From sequence record MN988561.1: DNA of 64,000 bases, one strand, 5' to 3'. Every line of letters starts with the position of its first letter. Position 1 is the first letter of the stretch. Shown piece by piece: positions 34,717 through 46,015 of this stretch. The translations under genes and the position numbers were made by a program. The notes below the pieces were generated by a model. The model did no database searches and was not told the origin of the DNA. It saw only the letters and a program-made list of their open reading frames with translations.

Positions 34717-36024
34717 TCAGAATTCCCACATCACATTAGCATTACCTGTCATCGTAGGAGTACCACTAACAGTAGTTAATCTTAGTGATGCTAACTCACC
34801 TGGTAGTGTGACTTGAGCATTACCTCGAGAGTTACCACTACCTTGATAAGTTCCATCCACTGTCATCATCCAAGTACTAGCACCTGCCGATCCAGTTACT
34901 CTATTAATGACTACAGTCACTGATGCATAAGTAGAGACTGTAGTTCCACTAATAAAATTTAATCCTAGTGTATTCATAACAGCACTGCTCATACTACTAA
35001 CACCTAAATTAGTAATAACCCCAGTGTAGCCTGTAGTAACAATACCGGTTGAAATTCCCAATTGGAGAATAGGAATCTGATTAGCACTTAATGTTAATGT
35101 AGGAATTATAACAGTAAGTCTATTAATCGCAGGAGGTAGATTCGGCCAATCAATGAAAGTACCTGACAAAGTTGTCACTGCATTTCTCTTTAGACCTTTA
35201 GTAGTCTGGAGATTTACGACATCATTAGTCAGATTTGATAAGTTGATTGTTGCGATGTCGACTGGTGCATTATAAGCTTTAATCCAGTAAGTAACAGTAA
35301 TGTTAACAGGTCGAGTTTCACTAGCAGTACGTGGAGTACCATTAACACCATCAGTTACAGGATCTCCTGTACTTCTTGAGCCACTACCGTACGAGTTAGG
35401 ATCGTTTGAACCTGCTTGGACAATACCTGTAGTCGTCGATACGTTACTAACTACGAATCTATGACCTTGGAATGCATCCTGTTGAGTTGATCCAAATACA
35501 CGACCTGAGTCAACAGTCTGACCAGGAGTCCATCCTCGCATGAAGTAACCACCCATGTCGGGAAGGAGAGGATCTCCATTTCCATTTAAGGGTCTACCAA
35601 TCGTGATCAGATGAGCTCTGAGTTCAGGATATGTACTCGTAACTGCTGCACCATTCATCAGTAGACATCCAGGAGGAGGCGTCGTGTCACTACCAAACAT
35701 AGTAACGATCTCACCTACTCTACGTCCAACAGATGCCTGAAGATCTGATACTGACTTAGTTATAGCAGTTGATCCATATGATCTAATGACAACATTGTCA
35801 TTTGCATTTCGACCATCAATTAAAGTAACAGTTGATGGAGTAGCGAATACGATATCTGACTGGAGAATCAGAATACCATTGATGAAGATATCGTAATTGT
35901 AAGGATCTATACTTAAAATTCTGCCGTCATTTGAGACGCCACTGAATACAGTTTGACCCTCGGTCGCAGTAAATGAATAGTCAGATCGAGCTACTAAATT
36001 TGGTCTATTTCCGAGATAGGTCAT
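34717..36024 (-). CDS. Tail fibre protein with collar domain
   Basis: VGEIV...PPGCLLMNG...DMGGYFMRG...QQDAFQGH...ETRPVNI. Confidence 0.85.
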   Translation of the reverse strand: MTYLGNRPNLVARSDYSFTATEGQTVFSGVSNDGRILSIDPYNYDIFINGILILQSDIVFATPSTVTLIDGRNANDNVVIRSYGSTAITKSVSDLQASVGRRVGEIVTMFGSDTTPPPGCLLMNGAAVTSTYPELRAHLITIGRPLNGNGDPLLPDMGGYFMRGWTPGQTVDSGRVFGSTQQDAFQGHRFVVSNVSTTTGIVQAGSNDPNSYGSGSRSTGDPVTDGVNGTPRTASETRPVNITVTYWIKAYNAPVDIATINLSNLTNDVVNLQTTKGLKRNAVTTLSGTFIDWPNLPPAINRLTVIIPTLTLSANQIPILQLGISTGIVTTGYTGVITNLGVSSMSSAVMNTLGLNFISGTTVSTYASVTVVINRVTGSAGASTWMMTVDGTYQGSGNSRGNAQVTLPGELASLRLTTVSGTPTMTGNANVMWEF

Positions 36025-36041
36025 TGATCAAAATCCAATTA

Positions 36042-36548
36042 TTAATCAGTCCAGTATTCATCGTCTGCAAAATTATAAGGAATAGGATCCATTGCTTTAA
36101 TCGTCCAAGATTTGTCGTAAAGATACGATACATATGCAGTGGACTTTAAGAATAATTCAACGATTTGACCAGGAGTGAGATTCTGAGTTGCGTTATTGGC
36201 ATCTCTAAAAGGTGTGATTGTTGTTGTATCACCCATAGCGATTCGACTAGAAGCTACAGAGAATAGTGACTGAAGATTTCTGGTATCTTGTGTCGTACCT
36301 GTTATAGGAATAGTCCCTATTCCAGTTACTTGAATCGAAATCCCTTGAGCAATACGTCTCTCTCGTTCTGCGTTAATTTGATTAGAAGTAGGTCTAGGTG
36401 GAGCGTATGGAGCAATCTCATTTCCTTGATTTACCCAATCTTCTACCATTTGACGATAACGATTTCCCATATCATCAGGAATCACGAAAGTCTGACCATC
36501 AATATCTGCTTGAATGGACCCACTTTCTAAGTATCTTACATTTTCCAT
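36042..36548 (-). CDS. Tail fibre assembly chaperone-like (DUF4376-like)
   Basis: INAERERRIAQG, FRDANN, follows a fibre gene. Confidence 0.65.
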   Translation of the reverse strand: MENVRYLESGSIQADIDGQTFVIPDDMGNRYRQMVEDWVNQGNEIAPYAPPRPTSNQINAERERRIAQGISIQVTGIGTIPITGTTQDTRNLQSLFSVASSRIAMGDTTTITPFRDANNATQNLTPGQIVELFLKSTAYVSYLYDKSWTIKAMDPIPYNFADDEYWTD

Positions 36549-36561
36549 CTGNNNNNNNNNN

Positions 36562-37607
36562 ATTCAGCATCAGCTGTGTAGTTAAATTGGTAATAACCAC
36601 TCGAACTTGTTGCATTAGCAGTTTGATACACTCTAAAATGTCGAGGATTCTGGTCATCAACAAACACTGAACTAGGAAAACTACTAACATTTGTTATACT
36701 GACCCCAACCGTAGGTATTGTTCTCATCTGAACAGGAAGATAGACCATTTGAGTATATGCAGCACCTGATGATACATCACCTTGCCATGTTATATTATAT
36801 AGTGAATTTACATAATATCTTTGACATAGCATAATTTCTTGAGTAATGGGTCTAGCAGAAAAAGGATCAGTCTCAAATTGAGCATCACCTTCGACAACTG
36901 ATACGTGAGATAAATCAAAAGTCCCAGACTGTTGACCTAAATTACTAGCACGTGCTGCGAATGTCGACCCTGCATCAAACCAGAATCCTAGAATCAATGA
37001 GTGATTTCCATCGCTACCTAGAGTTTTCCCTGAGATTGATGGAAGACTCGTAACTATAGTATACTTCTTCCATGAAGATGTAAGTGCAACTAGACCTAGT
37101 GGAATCGAAACTGCAGCTGAAGGTGATCCACCACTACCAAAACTCTGATAAAATTCAACAGCGATGTTTCGACTGGTATCAGCTTTAGCATAAAATGTAA
37201 GTGTTACAGTTTTATTAGCTAAATAGTGAACACCTTCGATTGCCTGTGACTTTAGTGCGTAATTTCCAGATCCTGCAACAGATGTGACCACTGTACGACT
37301 GAAGTAAGACGGACTATTAGGAACCTCAGTATGTCCTAGTGTAAATGATTGACGAGAGGCTGTCTTAGTCGATCCGATATTAAGATTATTCCATCTATCA
37401 TCTGAACCATAACCAGAAGATGTCTGTNNNNNNNNNNCTAAACCATATATCAAAATTACCGTTGATAATCTTATTTCTAAATCCTGATACATTATCAATT
37501 AAGAGATTAGCACGTGATTTAGGAAGAGATACGAGGTCACTTAGATTATTAGAACTATCTAATTTACCATAAGCAACTTCAGGAGTTTCTGCTCCAATAT
37601 ATGACAT
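36562..37607 (-). CDS. Tail fibre-associated protein, paralog of 33775-34696 (interrupted by two gaps)
   Basis: MSYIG...RNKIINGNFDIW / YGSDDRW...YFSRTVVTSVAG...TADAE. Confidence 0.7.
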
Positions 37608-37620
37608 TAACTACTCTCCA

Positions 37621-37938
37621 TCAAAGATACATAAGCATCAATCGATGCAGCTGTACTGGATACAATATATAANNNNNNNNNNNNNNNNNNNNNNNNNNNN
37701 NNNNNNNNNNNNNNNNNNNNNNNNNNNNNNNNNNNNNNNNNGGAGCATTCTTAACAATATAAATATTGTTAGTTCCATCGTTGACATACACGTCGACATT
37801 TACAGATGCGATCAGTAGGTTAGCGACTGAAAATCCGATAACTGTAGCTGTAGTACTAGCTGGTACGTTGTAGTTAGAAATCTTAACAGGAGTCGTACCG
37901 ATTACTCTACTGTTAATAGATTTAAATACAGTAGCCAT
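37621..37938 (-). CDS. Small tail/baseplate-associated protein (gap inside)
   Basis: YNVPASTTATVIGFSVAN motif typical of myovirus fibre clusters. Confidence 0.6.
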   Translation of the reverse strand: MATVFKSINSRVIGTTPVKISNYNVPASTTATVIGFSVANLLIASVNVDVYVNDGTNNIYIVKNAXXXXXXXXXXXXXXXXXXXXXXXXYILYPVQLHRLMLMYL

Positions 37939-37942
37939 TTTA

Positions 37943-38173
37943 TTATCCTAACGCAATAGCCATAGCAATTGCAGTTGAAGTATCCGATACAGAGTTCGCA
38001 TCAATCGCAGTAGATAACTCTGCAAGTGTATCACGACTAGCAGGTGCACTACCCTTGATCGTATTGATCTTATCTGTTACAACAGTATTAACAAATTCTG
38101 TCGTAGCTACTCGGCTGGAACTATTATTATTCTCAGCAGTTATTCCGACGAATGGTGGAACTGATAGTGGCAT
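37943..38173 (-). CDS. Small tail-fibre-related protein
   Basis: NSSSRVATTEFV, APASRDTLAEL, AIAMAIALG C-terminus. Confidence 0.65.
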   Translation of the reverse strand: MPLSVPPFVGITAENNNSSSRVATTEFVNTVVTDKINTIKGSAPASRDTLAELSTAIDANSVSDTSTAIAMAIALG

Positions 38174-38177
38174 TGTA

Positions 38178-38863
38178 TTATCCTCTAATCCCTTCTAGAA
38201 CAATATTTCCAGTGATGTTACCTGCAGATGCAATAAATCTAATAGCATTTTGACTACCTGTTAAAGTAGCTGACTTAGACGCTAGTGTAACTCCTGCATG
38301 CAAGCTACTTGTAACTAGTCCTGTAAAGTGGGTAATCATATACTTGATAGTTGATGCTTTATTAAGATTAATCAACGTTGCAGTAATCAGAGAAGGATCA
38401 TTAGCCAATGTAGTAACTGTCATTTGATAACCAACTGCAGTACTTGAGGTACCATTTACAACTGCTGTACTATATCCATAATAAGCCAAAGAATGATTTC
38501 CACTCGTTGTGAATGTCGATCCGTTATCTGAACTTAATTGAATAAATCCTAAACCACCTGAAGTCAGTGCTAAGTCACCAACAATTCTCAGAGTCTTAAA
38601 TGCTGCTAGATTAGTAATAGGAAAGTTTGCAACGTTCGTAAATGAGTAAGATCCAATAAGTTCCCAGGCATTAGGTCTAAATACTTTCGTGCCAGTCCCA
38701 TCACCTACTGCTATAGAGTTATCGTCGGTATCCCATTCCATCACACCCTCTTCGGTTGGAAGAGATGATGTGCTTTGAGTGAGAATAATCTTAGGACTCG
38801 ATAAAGTTTTATTAGTAAGTGTTTCAGATCCAGTCAAGGATGCTTTGGCGTCTAAACTTGACT
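38178..38863 (-). CDS. Tail-fibre-related protein, start lost in gap
   Basis: ETLTNKTL motif, AIRF..SAGNITG.I.LEG C-terminal domain. Confidence 0.6.
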
Positions 38864-38893
38864 NNNNNNNNNNNNNNNNNNNCTCCTGAAGAG

Positions 38894-38924
38894 AAGGAGA
38901 TAGGATTTAAGATCCTATCTCCTT
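38894..38924 (-). terminator. Terminator-like hairpin
   Basis: AAGGAGATAGGAT/ATCCTATCTCCTT 13-bp stem followed by CTCTT on the - strand. Confidence 0.6.
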
Positions 38925-38929
38925 ATGTC

Positions 38930-39157
38930 TTAGACTTCGTCCCAGGTAAACTCACCCTTGTATCTAAATCTCTTACCAGTATCGTTTTCGACAACAATCG
39001 TACCGCGTACAGGATTCATTGTCTTACGATCTTCAGAAGATCTGTACAGAAGAGAAGGTTCACTTGCAGATACCTCTACGAATGTATGAGTGTACTCAAT
39101 AACTCGCGTAGGATCTTCTTGTCCAAGTTCTGGTTTGACTTCAGTTTTCTTAGCCAT
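38930..39157 (-). CDS. Hypothetical protein
   Basis: 75-aa ORF with AAGGT SD. Confidence 0.6.
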   Translation of the reverse strand: MAKKTEVKPELGQEDPTRVIEYTHTFVEVSASEPSLLYRSSEDRKTMNPVRGTIVVENDTGKRFRYKGEFTWDEV

Positions 39158-39166
39158 ATTTACACC

Positions 39167-42100
39167 TTAAGAGATTGTAAGTCTGATATTACGAATTGCA
39201 GGAGCAGTTGTAAAGTCAGTCTTGTCTAGAGTTAATCTCAGTCGACTTGCGTTAGCAGCCAGACCTGTATACGTGTAGACTGAAGTCGTCCACTCGTTAC
39301 CGATTTGAGTACTAGATACGAAAGTCATTGAGGCAAACGATGAGTTAGCCAACTGGACTGATGGTTGGAAGGTTGACCCTGTAGGAACATACTGATCGAT
39401 AACGAGCTTGAGAGTCGCTGGCGTAGTAGATCCATTAGGAATGTCAAACTGACGAGAAGTATACGTACCAGGCTTAACAGGTGTTCCACCATATAAGCAG
39501 AGACCCTTTCCGATAATCGGAGACTTGTTAGTAGATGATGAGATCATATCTACTTTAAGTAGAACCGTACCAGAAAGTGGGACTGTATAGAGAGGAATAC
39601 CAGGAGTGATATCGTACTGAGTACCTGCTTGATCCTGAAGATAGAATCTTGCTGTTGTACTCTGAGGAACCGTAATCGTCTCGTCTGATAGAACCCAATC
39701 AGAGATTGAGGTCAATCCTGTTAGAGTTAGAAGTGTAGCTGTCGCAGTTCCACTAGTGTAGACAGCTTTTCTCAGAATCATCGTCAAGTCAGAGTCCTGG
39801 AATGCAGTCCATGTAGACTCGTTAGCCGAGACTTGGAATACACCACCATAAGGCTGCTGAGTGACACGCTTCTGAGTAAGCATATCATTGTAACCGAGTT
39901 TAGCAATACCTACTGAACCAGCAGGTTGAGATGTAAGTACAACAAGTGCCTTTTCATCACCTCGGGATACAGGAATTGGAGACTCGAATGAAATCTTATT
40001 CCAACCTGCTACAACACTGGCTTTCTTGATACGACCAGACTCTGACTGCGTAGCAGATAGAGGAATACCGTATTCAGCTTCTGCTACCTTGGTAACGATA
40101 TCGTCATCTGGCAGCTCTGTAACATACAATGATACAGATGTCAAGTCACCGTCATCTTCATCCAGAACGAATGTTTCAGCGATCGGATCGTAATAAACAA
40201 CTTCAGTAGTAGCCGTCGTCATAACACGGAGGACCGCACTGGCAGTTGTATTACTCGACAGTCCTACACCTTTGATCTCGTAATTGTTAGTAGGCGTACC
40301 TGCTGCAACTGAGAGGTTATAAGTGTAAGCACCGCTACCATCTGCTGTTACGTTCTGACTGATGGAACGATACGTAATATGAATCGTTTCACCTGGAGCA
40401 AATCCTAAGAATCGAGCCTGAACAGTTTCTGTTGTGATCGTACTAGTCTTAGTTTGAGACGTCAACGGAGTTGAGAACAGATCACGAATTGTATTCCAAA
40501 CGTTCTTCTTCCAAGATCCTGTAGCAGATGGAATTGTACGGTATTGATACCAGATCGTAGTCTGCGTGATATTGGATGGAGTTAACTGGAGCTGACCAAT
40601 AGGAGGTGCACCTGCAACTGCATAAGGATTGATCTTCTGACTAGTCGTAACTTGTGTCTGACTAATTACATCAGTTTCCGTGAATGGAAGAGTTGTAGTA
40701 GCAGATGTAACACCAAGTCTGTTGTATGTTGAATCAAGAATCAGAGATTCAAGATACAGAATCATATTGTTAGTAAGACCCAGGTCTTGCTTAACATTCG
40801 ACTTCAAGTTATCAACGAACAGATTTCTCTTGTTAGTTGTCGGATCTGTTGAACGTGCACTATCCATTAGCGATAGAGTTGCAACATTATCTTCAACTGA
40901 GAAGAGTCTTGATTTCAGACTATTCAGTTCTGACTGCGGAATATTAGTAACGGTATCTGCAGTAATTACAGGATTCGAACCATTGATCAATTCGATCGTG
41001 AACAGTGAAAGAGCATTGCTCAGATACTGCGGAGGATTATAAGTTGTATAACCTGGAGTACCTCTACTGATAACGAACTGCTTGTTCTCAGTAATACTGA
41101 GACGATCAATACGTTTCAAGAAGTAGTCGTAGTCAACGTAGAACACACTACCATTAACAAGAACGTTACTTGAATCAAGAACGACTCCTAGACCGTCACC
41201 TGAAATCGTAGGTACGAACGTCGAGATGTAAGTATAAGTTACAGTGTAGGTTGAACCTGGAGCAGGTTCAGCACCACCTGGAGACCAGTTAATACTATCA
41301 CCTGATACAATGTAATCTGTGTTTACAACGTAAGTCGTACCACCTTGTGTAACGGATGATACTGCAAGAACTGGAGTATCTGGCAGTACGTCAATCGCTC
41401 CTGAGAAGCTACCGTGCGTAATCGTACGAGTTACAGACTTAGTACCTTGAATACGAGTTACTGTATTGATCTTATTGTATCGAAGATTGTACGTTGCACT
41501 ACCTGTGTAGGTATATGGTTCACCAGCTACTGCACGATTGTCAACAACAGGGTCGAATAGAACCTTCTGCTGAGTTTCAATGATAACTGGTACACCATTC
41601 ACACGAGCTTTACCAGAACTGATATTAACAATCGCAGAATTACTACCATCGAATGAGTCAAACGATGCACTCATACCATAAAGAACAGTACTACCACGAG
41701 TTTCTCTATCGTACTGGTTAAGAAGCTTATTCATAACCAAGGATACATCATCAGTCTGACGAGAGATCGTCTGAATGACACCATCAACAATAGTGATAAT
41801 CGGGAAGAATACTTCATCACCGGTTAGCTCACCTTGTGCGATCCATCTTGCAGACATCTTCTCGCGCATAGCACCTGGCTGACCTACGTTAGGAGATGCA
41901 GGATCTGGCTCGAGAATGAGAGGATCTTCAAGTTCAGTGATGAGAACAGTCTTAGCAGCAACACCTACAACGTAGGTGCCAGTTGCAGTAATCGGAACTA
42001 CTCGAGTAGGTACTTGAGCGGTTACACCATCAAGATATACCGTAGCATTCTTAAGAGTGATACCTGTAGTTGTAACAGCTTCAACTTCACCACCAGTAAG

Positions 42101-42277
42101 AATGCTACCGTTAGTGACAAGCTGAGTTAGAATGAGCTTTAGATCGTTTCTAATCGACTCCTGAATTTCATTCAATTCAGCTGCTTGTAGACCACTACCT
42201 GCAAGGAATAGAAGACGACTATAATTCTTAGTCGCATCAAATCTATTAAAATATGCGTTAGGAGGCGTATATGTCAT
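39167..42277 (-). CDS. Large baseplate/tail protein (DUF4815-like)
   Basis: FDATKNYSRLLF..G..LQAAELNEIQ N-terminus; DPIAETF; QDSDLTM. Confidence 0.8.
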   Translation of the reverse strand: MTYTPPNAYFNRFDATKNYSRLLFLAGSGLQAAELNEIQESIRNDLKLILTQLVTNGSILTGGEVEAVTTTGITLKNATVYLDGVTAQVPTRVVPITATGTYVVGVAAKTVLITELEDPLILEPDPASPNVGQPGAMREKMSARWIAQGELTGDEVFFPIITIVDGVIQTISRQTDDVSLVMNKLLNQYDRETRGSTVLYGMSASFDSFDGSNSAIVNISSGKARVNGVPVIIETQQKVLFDPVVDNRAVAGEPYTYTGSATYNLRYNKINTVTRIQGTKSVTRTITHGSFSGAIDVLPDTPVLAVSSVTQGGTTYVVNTDYIVSGDSINWSPGGAEPAPGSTYTVTYTYISTFVPTISGDGLGVVLDSSNVLVNGSVFYVDYDYFLKRIDRLSITENKQFVISRGTPGYTTYNPPQYLSNALSLFTIELINGSNPVITADTVTNIPQSELNSLKSRLFSVEDNVATLSLMDSARSTDPTTNKRNLFVDNLKSNVKQDLGLTNNMILYLESLILDSTYNRLGVTSATTTLPFTETDVISQTQVTTSQKINPYAVAGAPPIGQLQLTPSNITQTTIWYQYRTIPSATGSWKKNVWNTIRDLFSTPLTSQTKTSTITTETVQARFLGFAPGETIHITYRSISQNVTADGSGAYTYNLSVAAGTPTNNYEIKGVGLSSNTTASAVLRVMTTATTEVVYYDPIAETFVLDEDDGDLTSVSLYVTELPDDDIVTKVAEAEYGIPLSATQSESGRIKKASVVAGWNKISFESPIPVSRGDEKALVVLTSQPAGSVGIAKLGYNDMLTQKRVTQQPYGGVFQVSANESTWTAFQDSDLTMILRKAVYTSGTATATLLTLTGLTSISDWVLSDETITVPQSTTARFYLQDQAGTQYDITPGIPLYTVPLSGTVLLKVDMISSSTNKSPIIGKGLCLYGGTPVKPGTYTSRQFDIPNGSTTPATLKLVIDQYVPTGSTFQPSVQLANSSFASMTFVSSTQIGNEWTTSVYTYTGLAANASRLRLTLDKTDFTTAPAIRNIRLTIS

Positions 42278-42351
42278 TTTATCCTCAGAATGTCATAACT
42301 ATTTCGTAGAACTCTCTAGTTGAAGAGTTTCTAATAATAGGAGAAACGTTC

Positions 42352-43110
42352 TCANNNNNNNNNNNNNNNNNNNGAACCCTTATCGGAGACTTCACTTGGT
42401 ATTAGGTATTGCTTATTCTCATTACCTGCTGTAGGTACTGTACTAATAAATATACCGTATTGATAGATAGTATTATTAGGCGCATCTGTGAGATCGTAAG
42501 CAATATAAGCGTAGATATATTTCGTCGGAGTTAATGACTCAGCCCATCGTCCCTGGTTTGTAACATACGCACCATTCACATCAGGTTTAACATACTTAAC
42601 ACTCATAACTTTTCTACGACCAAGTTCTCTATAAAGACCTTCATAGGTCAATAGAGGACTTGGAGGGGATGTAGTCCAAAGTGCAGAAGAAGTAGTGTTA
42701 ACAGTCGGTATTGAAACAGTACCGACTGTAACTGAACCGTTATCAATCCATTCAGCAGCAGTAACTGTTACAAGATACTTGTAATCATTTGATGCTGTTC
42801 TACCATAAACTTTGTAGGATTTAGCACCAGATACTGCACTCCAAGTCAACTTGATTGAACTACCAACTGAACTTAGAGTGAATGCAATAGCAGAAGATCC
42901 CGTAGTTTCTCCAGCATCTGTCGTACAAGTAACCTTGTAAGTATAACTTCCCAGAGGAAGCGTTCCTGCAACAGCTGATAGTGTGGCAGCTCCACTTGTC
43001 GGAGGGTCCATGTAAGGAGGGATATCTCCCCATGCAAGGTACAGTTGCTGATCTTTAATCGATTTAGCGATCGCAACGTGACCTGTATTGGTTAGCACCA
43101 TAAAAGCCAT
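42352..43110 (-). CDS. Baseplate wedge protein (gp8-like), end in gap
   Basis: MAFMVLTNTGHVAIAK..LYLAWGD, RELGRRK; baseplate context. Confidence 0.6.
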   Translation of the reverse strand: MAFMVLTNTGHVAIAKSIKDQQLYLAWGDIPPYMDPPTSGAATLSAVAGTLPLGSYTYKVTCTTDAGETTGSSAIAFTLSSVGSSIKLTWSAVSGAKSYKVYGRTASNDYKYLVTVTAAEWIDNGSVTVGTVSIPTVNTTSSALWTTSPPSPLLTYEGLYRELGRRKVMSVKYVKPDVNGAYVTNQGRWAESLTPTKYIYAYIAYDLTDAPNNTIYQYGIFISTVPTAGNENKQYLIPSEVSDKGXXXXXXX

Positions 43111-43122
43111 AATTAACTCCAA

Positions 43123-43448
43123 TTATAGAACAGTAAGATAGATACTGTTGAACTTCTTACCAAAATTCAAGGTACCTCCACTGCTCTGATCGCCAGCGAG
43201 TGTAGGTGTTGTAATCGCATCTACATCTGCACTAATACCATGTCGATACATCGCGATGTGATTAGTTCTTAAAGTTTCAGCTCTATCTAGCATCGACTTA
43301 CCGAGTACGAAGTTATGCGAAAGTGATTTATCTTGCCATGAATAATTTATGTTACCATCAAGTGGTCTTAGATCCTGGTCAAGCTTACTTTCATCAAGTG
43401 TGAAAGCATAGATATTATGACGTCTACGTCTGATATCGAATGCGAACT
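43123..43448 (-). CDS. C-terminal fragment of another baseplate gene whose start is lost in the gap
   Basis: Open frame FAFDIRRRRHNIYAFTLDES...FNSIYLTVL-stop after the N-run. Confidence 0.55.
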
Positions 43449-43467
43449 NNNNNNNNNNNNNNNNNNN

Positions 43468-44453
43468 TAACTGAGAAGTGGTCTTTTCTGGTCTGTAACG
43501 TATGCGAGATCAACAGTACAACACGTATTTTGTCTCTTCACTGCATAACTTGAGATGATACCTGCATAAGATAGCGAGATGCTATTATAGTCCGCTAGTG
43601 TAATTAGACGTCTTTTAGTCGTGAAGTATCCTGGAGCGACTGATTTCAGTTTCTCGAGACTGTCTTCATTAGATCCATAAGAGAGAATTGTACCAGATAA
43701 GACTTCACCAGCATTGAATGTCAACTGAGATAGATCCAAACTCAGATCTTCAGTAGCTGCTCCAGGTTGAATGTATTCAACTTTAACGATATCGCCATTG
43801 TTAAGTTTCATCCCTAGATCGTCATCACCAAAGATGAAGTAGGTACCTGCCGTATAAGTTCTTTCTAGAACATCAGCATCAACTAGATCTTCAGCATTTC
43901 GTACAACAGTTACAAGTTCGTCATTTACCATGACGTTGTAGAGATTGTTGTCAATGGTGTCTTCAACAAGAAATCGTTCGAATACTTTCGTACTTGTAGA
44001 AGTGAATTGTACTGACTTCCAGAGACCAATAACTACATCAACAGTATTCTGACCAGCAACAAATCCTGTATCAGATAGAATCGAAAGAAACTCACCTCGA
44101 TAGTTACCGATCGGAGTCTCTTTGGTCCACTGAACAGGATTAGTTAATGTGAATGTAATTCTGAATCTAGGTGCTGCCATTCTATTGACATTGTAACCTA
44201 GAGTCGTTGACAATCCTACTACTGAAGATCGTAGTCGAGCAGTATCAATGTAGGCCTCTCTACGATTAGCAGATGCCATGTAGCTCAAGAATGATCCAAG
44301 ACCTGCAGCGAGTTCGATGGTGGTCATACCAGCACCACCCTCGTAGAAGTCTTTCCATCTTCTCTGGTAGTCGTTCAGTGACTGAACATATGTCTTCAAG
44401 TCGTTTCTGATAGACTCAAAGGAGATTGAAGTAGGATTGATAATATTACTCAT
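43468..44453 (-). CDS. Baseplate wedge subunit (T4 gp6-like), end lost in gap
   Basis: FESIRNDLK, EAYIDTARLRSSV..L...LGY, RRLITLADY. Confidence 0.85.
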
Positions 44454-44818
44454 TTGGACAGTCCTATGACTTGTTCAAATCTATCGTCTCCTAGTCCGAC
44501 GACCTCAAATACAAGATATACTCGATAGATATGATTATCGTAATCCGGATCAACACTAGATCTTGATGTGTCCAGAATTACTCTAGGCTCCCATCTGTAG
44601 ATAGCTTCGACGATTTCGTTATACATCTGAAACGCGAGAGCTTCAGTCATAGGTTCGAAAAGTAAGTCTTCCAGATTAGATCCGAAGTCTGCTAGGAATA
44701 GTCTCGTATTTTTACTCGTGGTTAGGATCGATATGATTGATTGTTTGATCGAATCAATATCGTAAACGTAATTAGATTTCAACGATTGATTGATATCGGA
44801 GTAAACATAATACTGCAT
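44450..44818 (-). CDS. Baseplate wedge/sheath initiator (gp25-like)
   Basis: SIKQSI..IL.T....RLF..DFGS.L..LLFEP...WEPRV. Confidence 0.9.
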   Translation of the reverse strand: MQYYVYSDINQSLKSNYVYDIDSIKQSIISILTTSKNTRLFLADFGSNLEDLLFEPMTEALAFQMYNEIVEAIYRWEPRVILDTSRSSVDPDYDNHIYRVYLVFEVVGLGDDRFEQVIGLSK

Positions 44819-44819
44819 G

Positions 44820-45428
44820 TCAATTCAGATTAATCTTATCACCAGTAACATTGATTTCTCCATTACTGGTAACATTAATCTCTCCCTCTGCACTAATGTT
44901 AATCGTACCTTTGAGACTGAGACTCAAGGAGCCATCCTTCTCAATTTTCATATTCAACTTAGGCTCGTCAGACGATTGAGTAGAAGAAGACCCTTCATCT
45001 TCTTCAGTAGCCATGTGGATGTACTCTGCAGTACCTTTCTTCTTATTCTGTCGATAGACATTACCAGAAGTATCTCTCCAACCATAGCTCTCAGGATAAT
45101 CTTCGTCGAAATCTCCTGTAGACTCTTTCTCACTCTGCCAATGACCTGAGTAGAATGGCTGATAAACATTACCATGAGGAAAGGTAACAGATAGATGTGA
45201 TCCAATCACTGGCACACTAAACTGACTACCTTTTCCAGACCCTCCTTGGAAGGTAGGTTGATTAGGATAAACCCATGGAAGGTCTTCAGTATTACCTTTG
45301 TAAATACCATCAATCGTGACTTTAACTCGACCTAGCTTCTTAGGGTCTTTGTTGTCAACAACAGTACCCTTCTGAGGCTTATTCAAATTATTAGTCTTGC
45401 TCATCCACTCTGCTGGTTTTAGAAGCAT
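44820..45428 (-). CDS. Baseplate central spike (gp5/Vgr OB-fold)
   Basis: GTVVDNKDPKKLGRVKV, LPW, PVIGS.L.V.F..G...QP, beta-repeat C-terminus. Confidence 0.85.
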   Translation of the reverse strand: MLLKPAEWMSKTNNLNKPQKGTVVDNKDPKKLGRVKVTIDGIYKGNTEDLPWVYPNQPTFQGGSGKGSQFSVPVIGSHLSVTFPHGNVYQPFYSGHWQSEKESTGDFDEDYPESYGWRDTSGNVYRQNKKKGTAEYIHMATEEDEGSSSTQSSDEPKLNMKIEKDGSLSLSLKGTINISAEGEINVTSNGEINVTGDKINLN

Positions 45429-46005
45429 TAATTATTTCCTACTGCACCGTTCATAGCTTCACGATTCNNNNNNNNNNNNNNNNNNNAGGAAAATTCTTAG
45501 ACCCTAAGTCGGATCTCGTCCACAATTCATTAACGAATGATTTATCTGTGATACTATGTTGGATCCAATTTTGAATATCTGAAGATGCTGAGATATCGAA
45601 ATCTGGAATAAAGTGCTTGCTAACAATTTGACTCATTGTAGCAATAGCTGACTGCTTAGGGGTGACCATAACATCGGTACCAGTTAGGTATTCGATTCTA
45701 TCGTACAACCCCTTCACAGTCATAATATAACTCGAACCTGAACGTCTTGAAAGCTCTTTCTTCATAGGCTTCAATCTCATGTTCGACAGTTCTAAGGTAT
45801 CCAATCCCATCGCGGCGTTGATGACAGATTTCTCATTCATATGAGAGATAACTTCGTCACTATCAGACTCGAATGTCAACTCGAAAGTTGGTAAAGTATT
45901 ACCAGCTTCTTCGACGACCATGAATCTCTTTAGATCTGAGTTACCGAGAAAGTTACGTCCATTGATATCGAATGATGCGACATACTGACCTTTAACACCT
46001 ATCAT
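45428..46005 (-). CDS. Baseplate hub protein (gp27-like), mostly lost in gap
   Basis: Position between gp53-like and gp5-like genes; beta-rich N-terminus. Confidence 0.55.
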
Positions 46006-46015
46006 CTTAAGTCCT

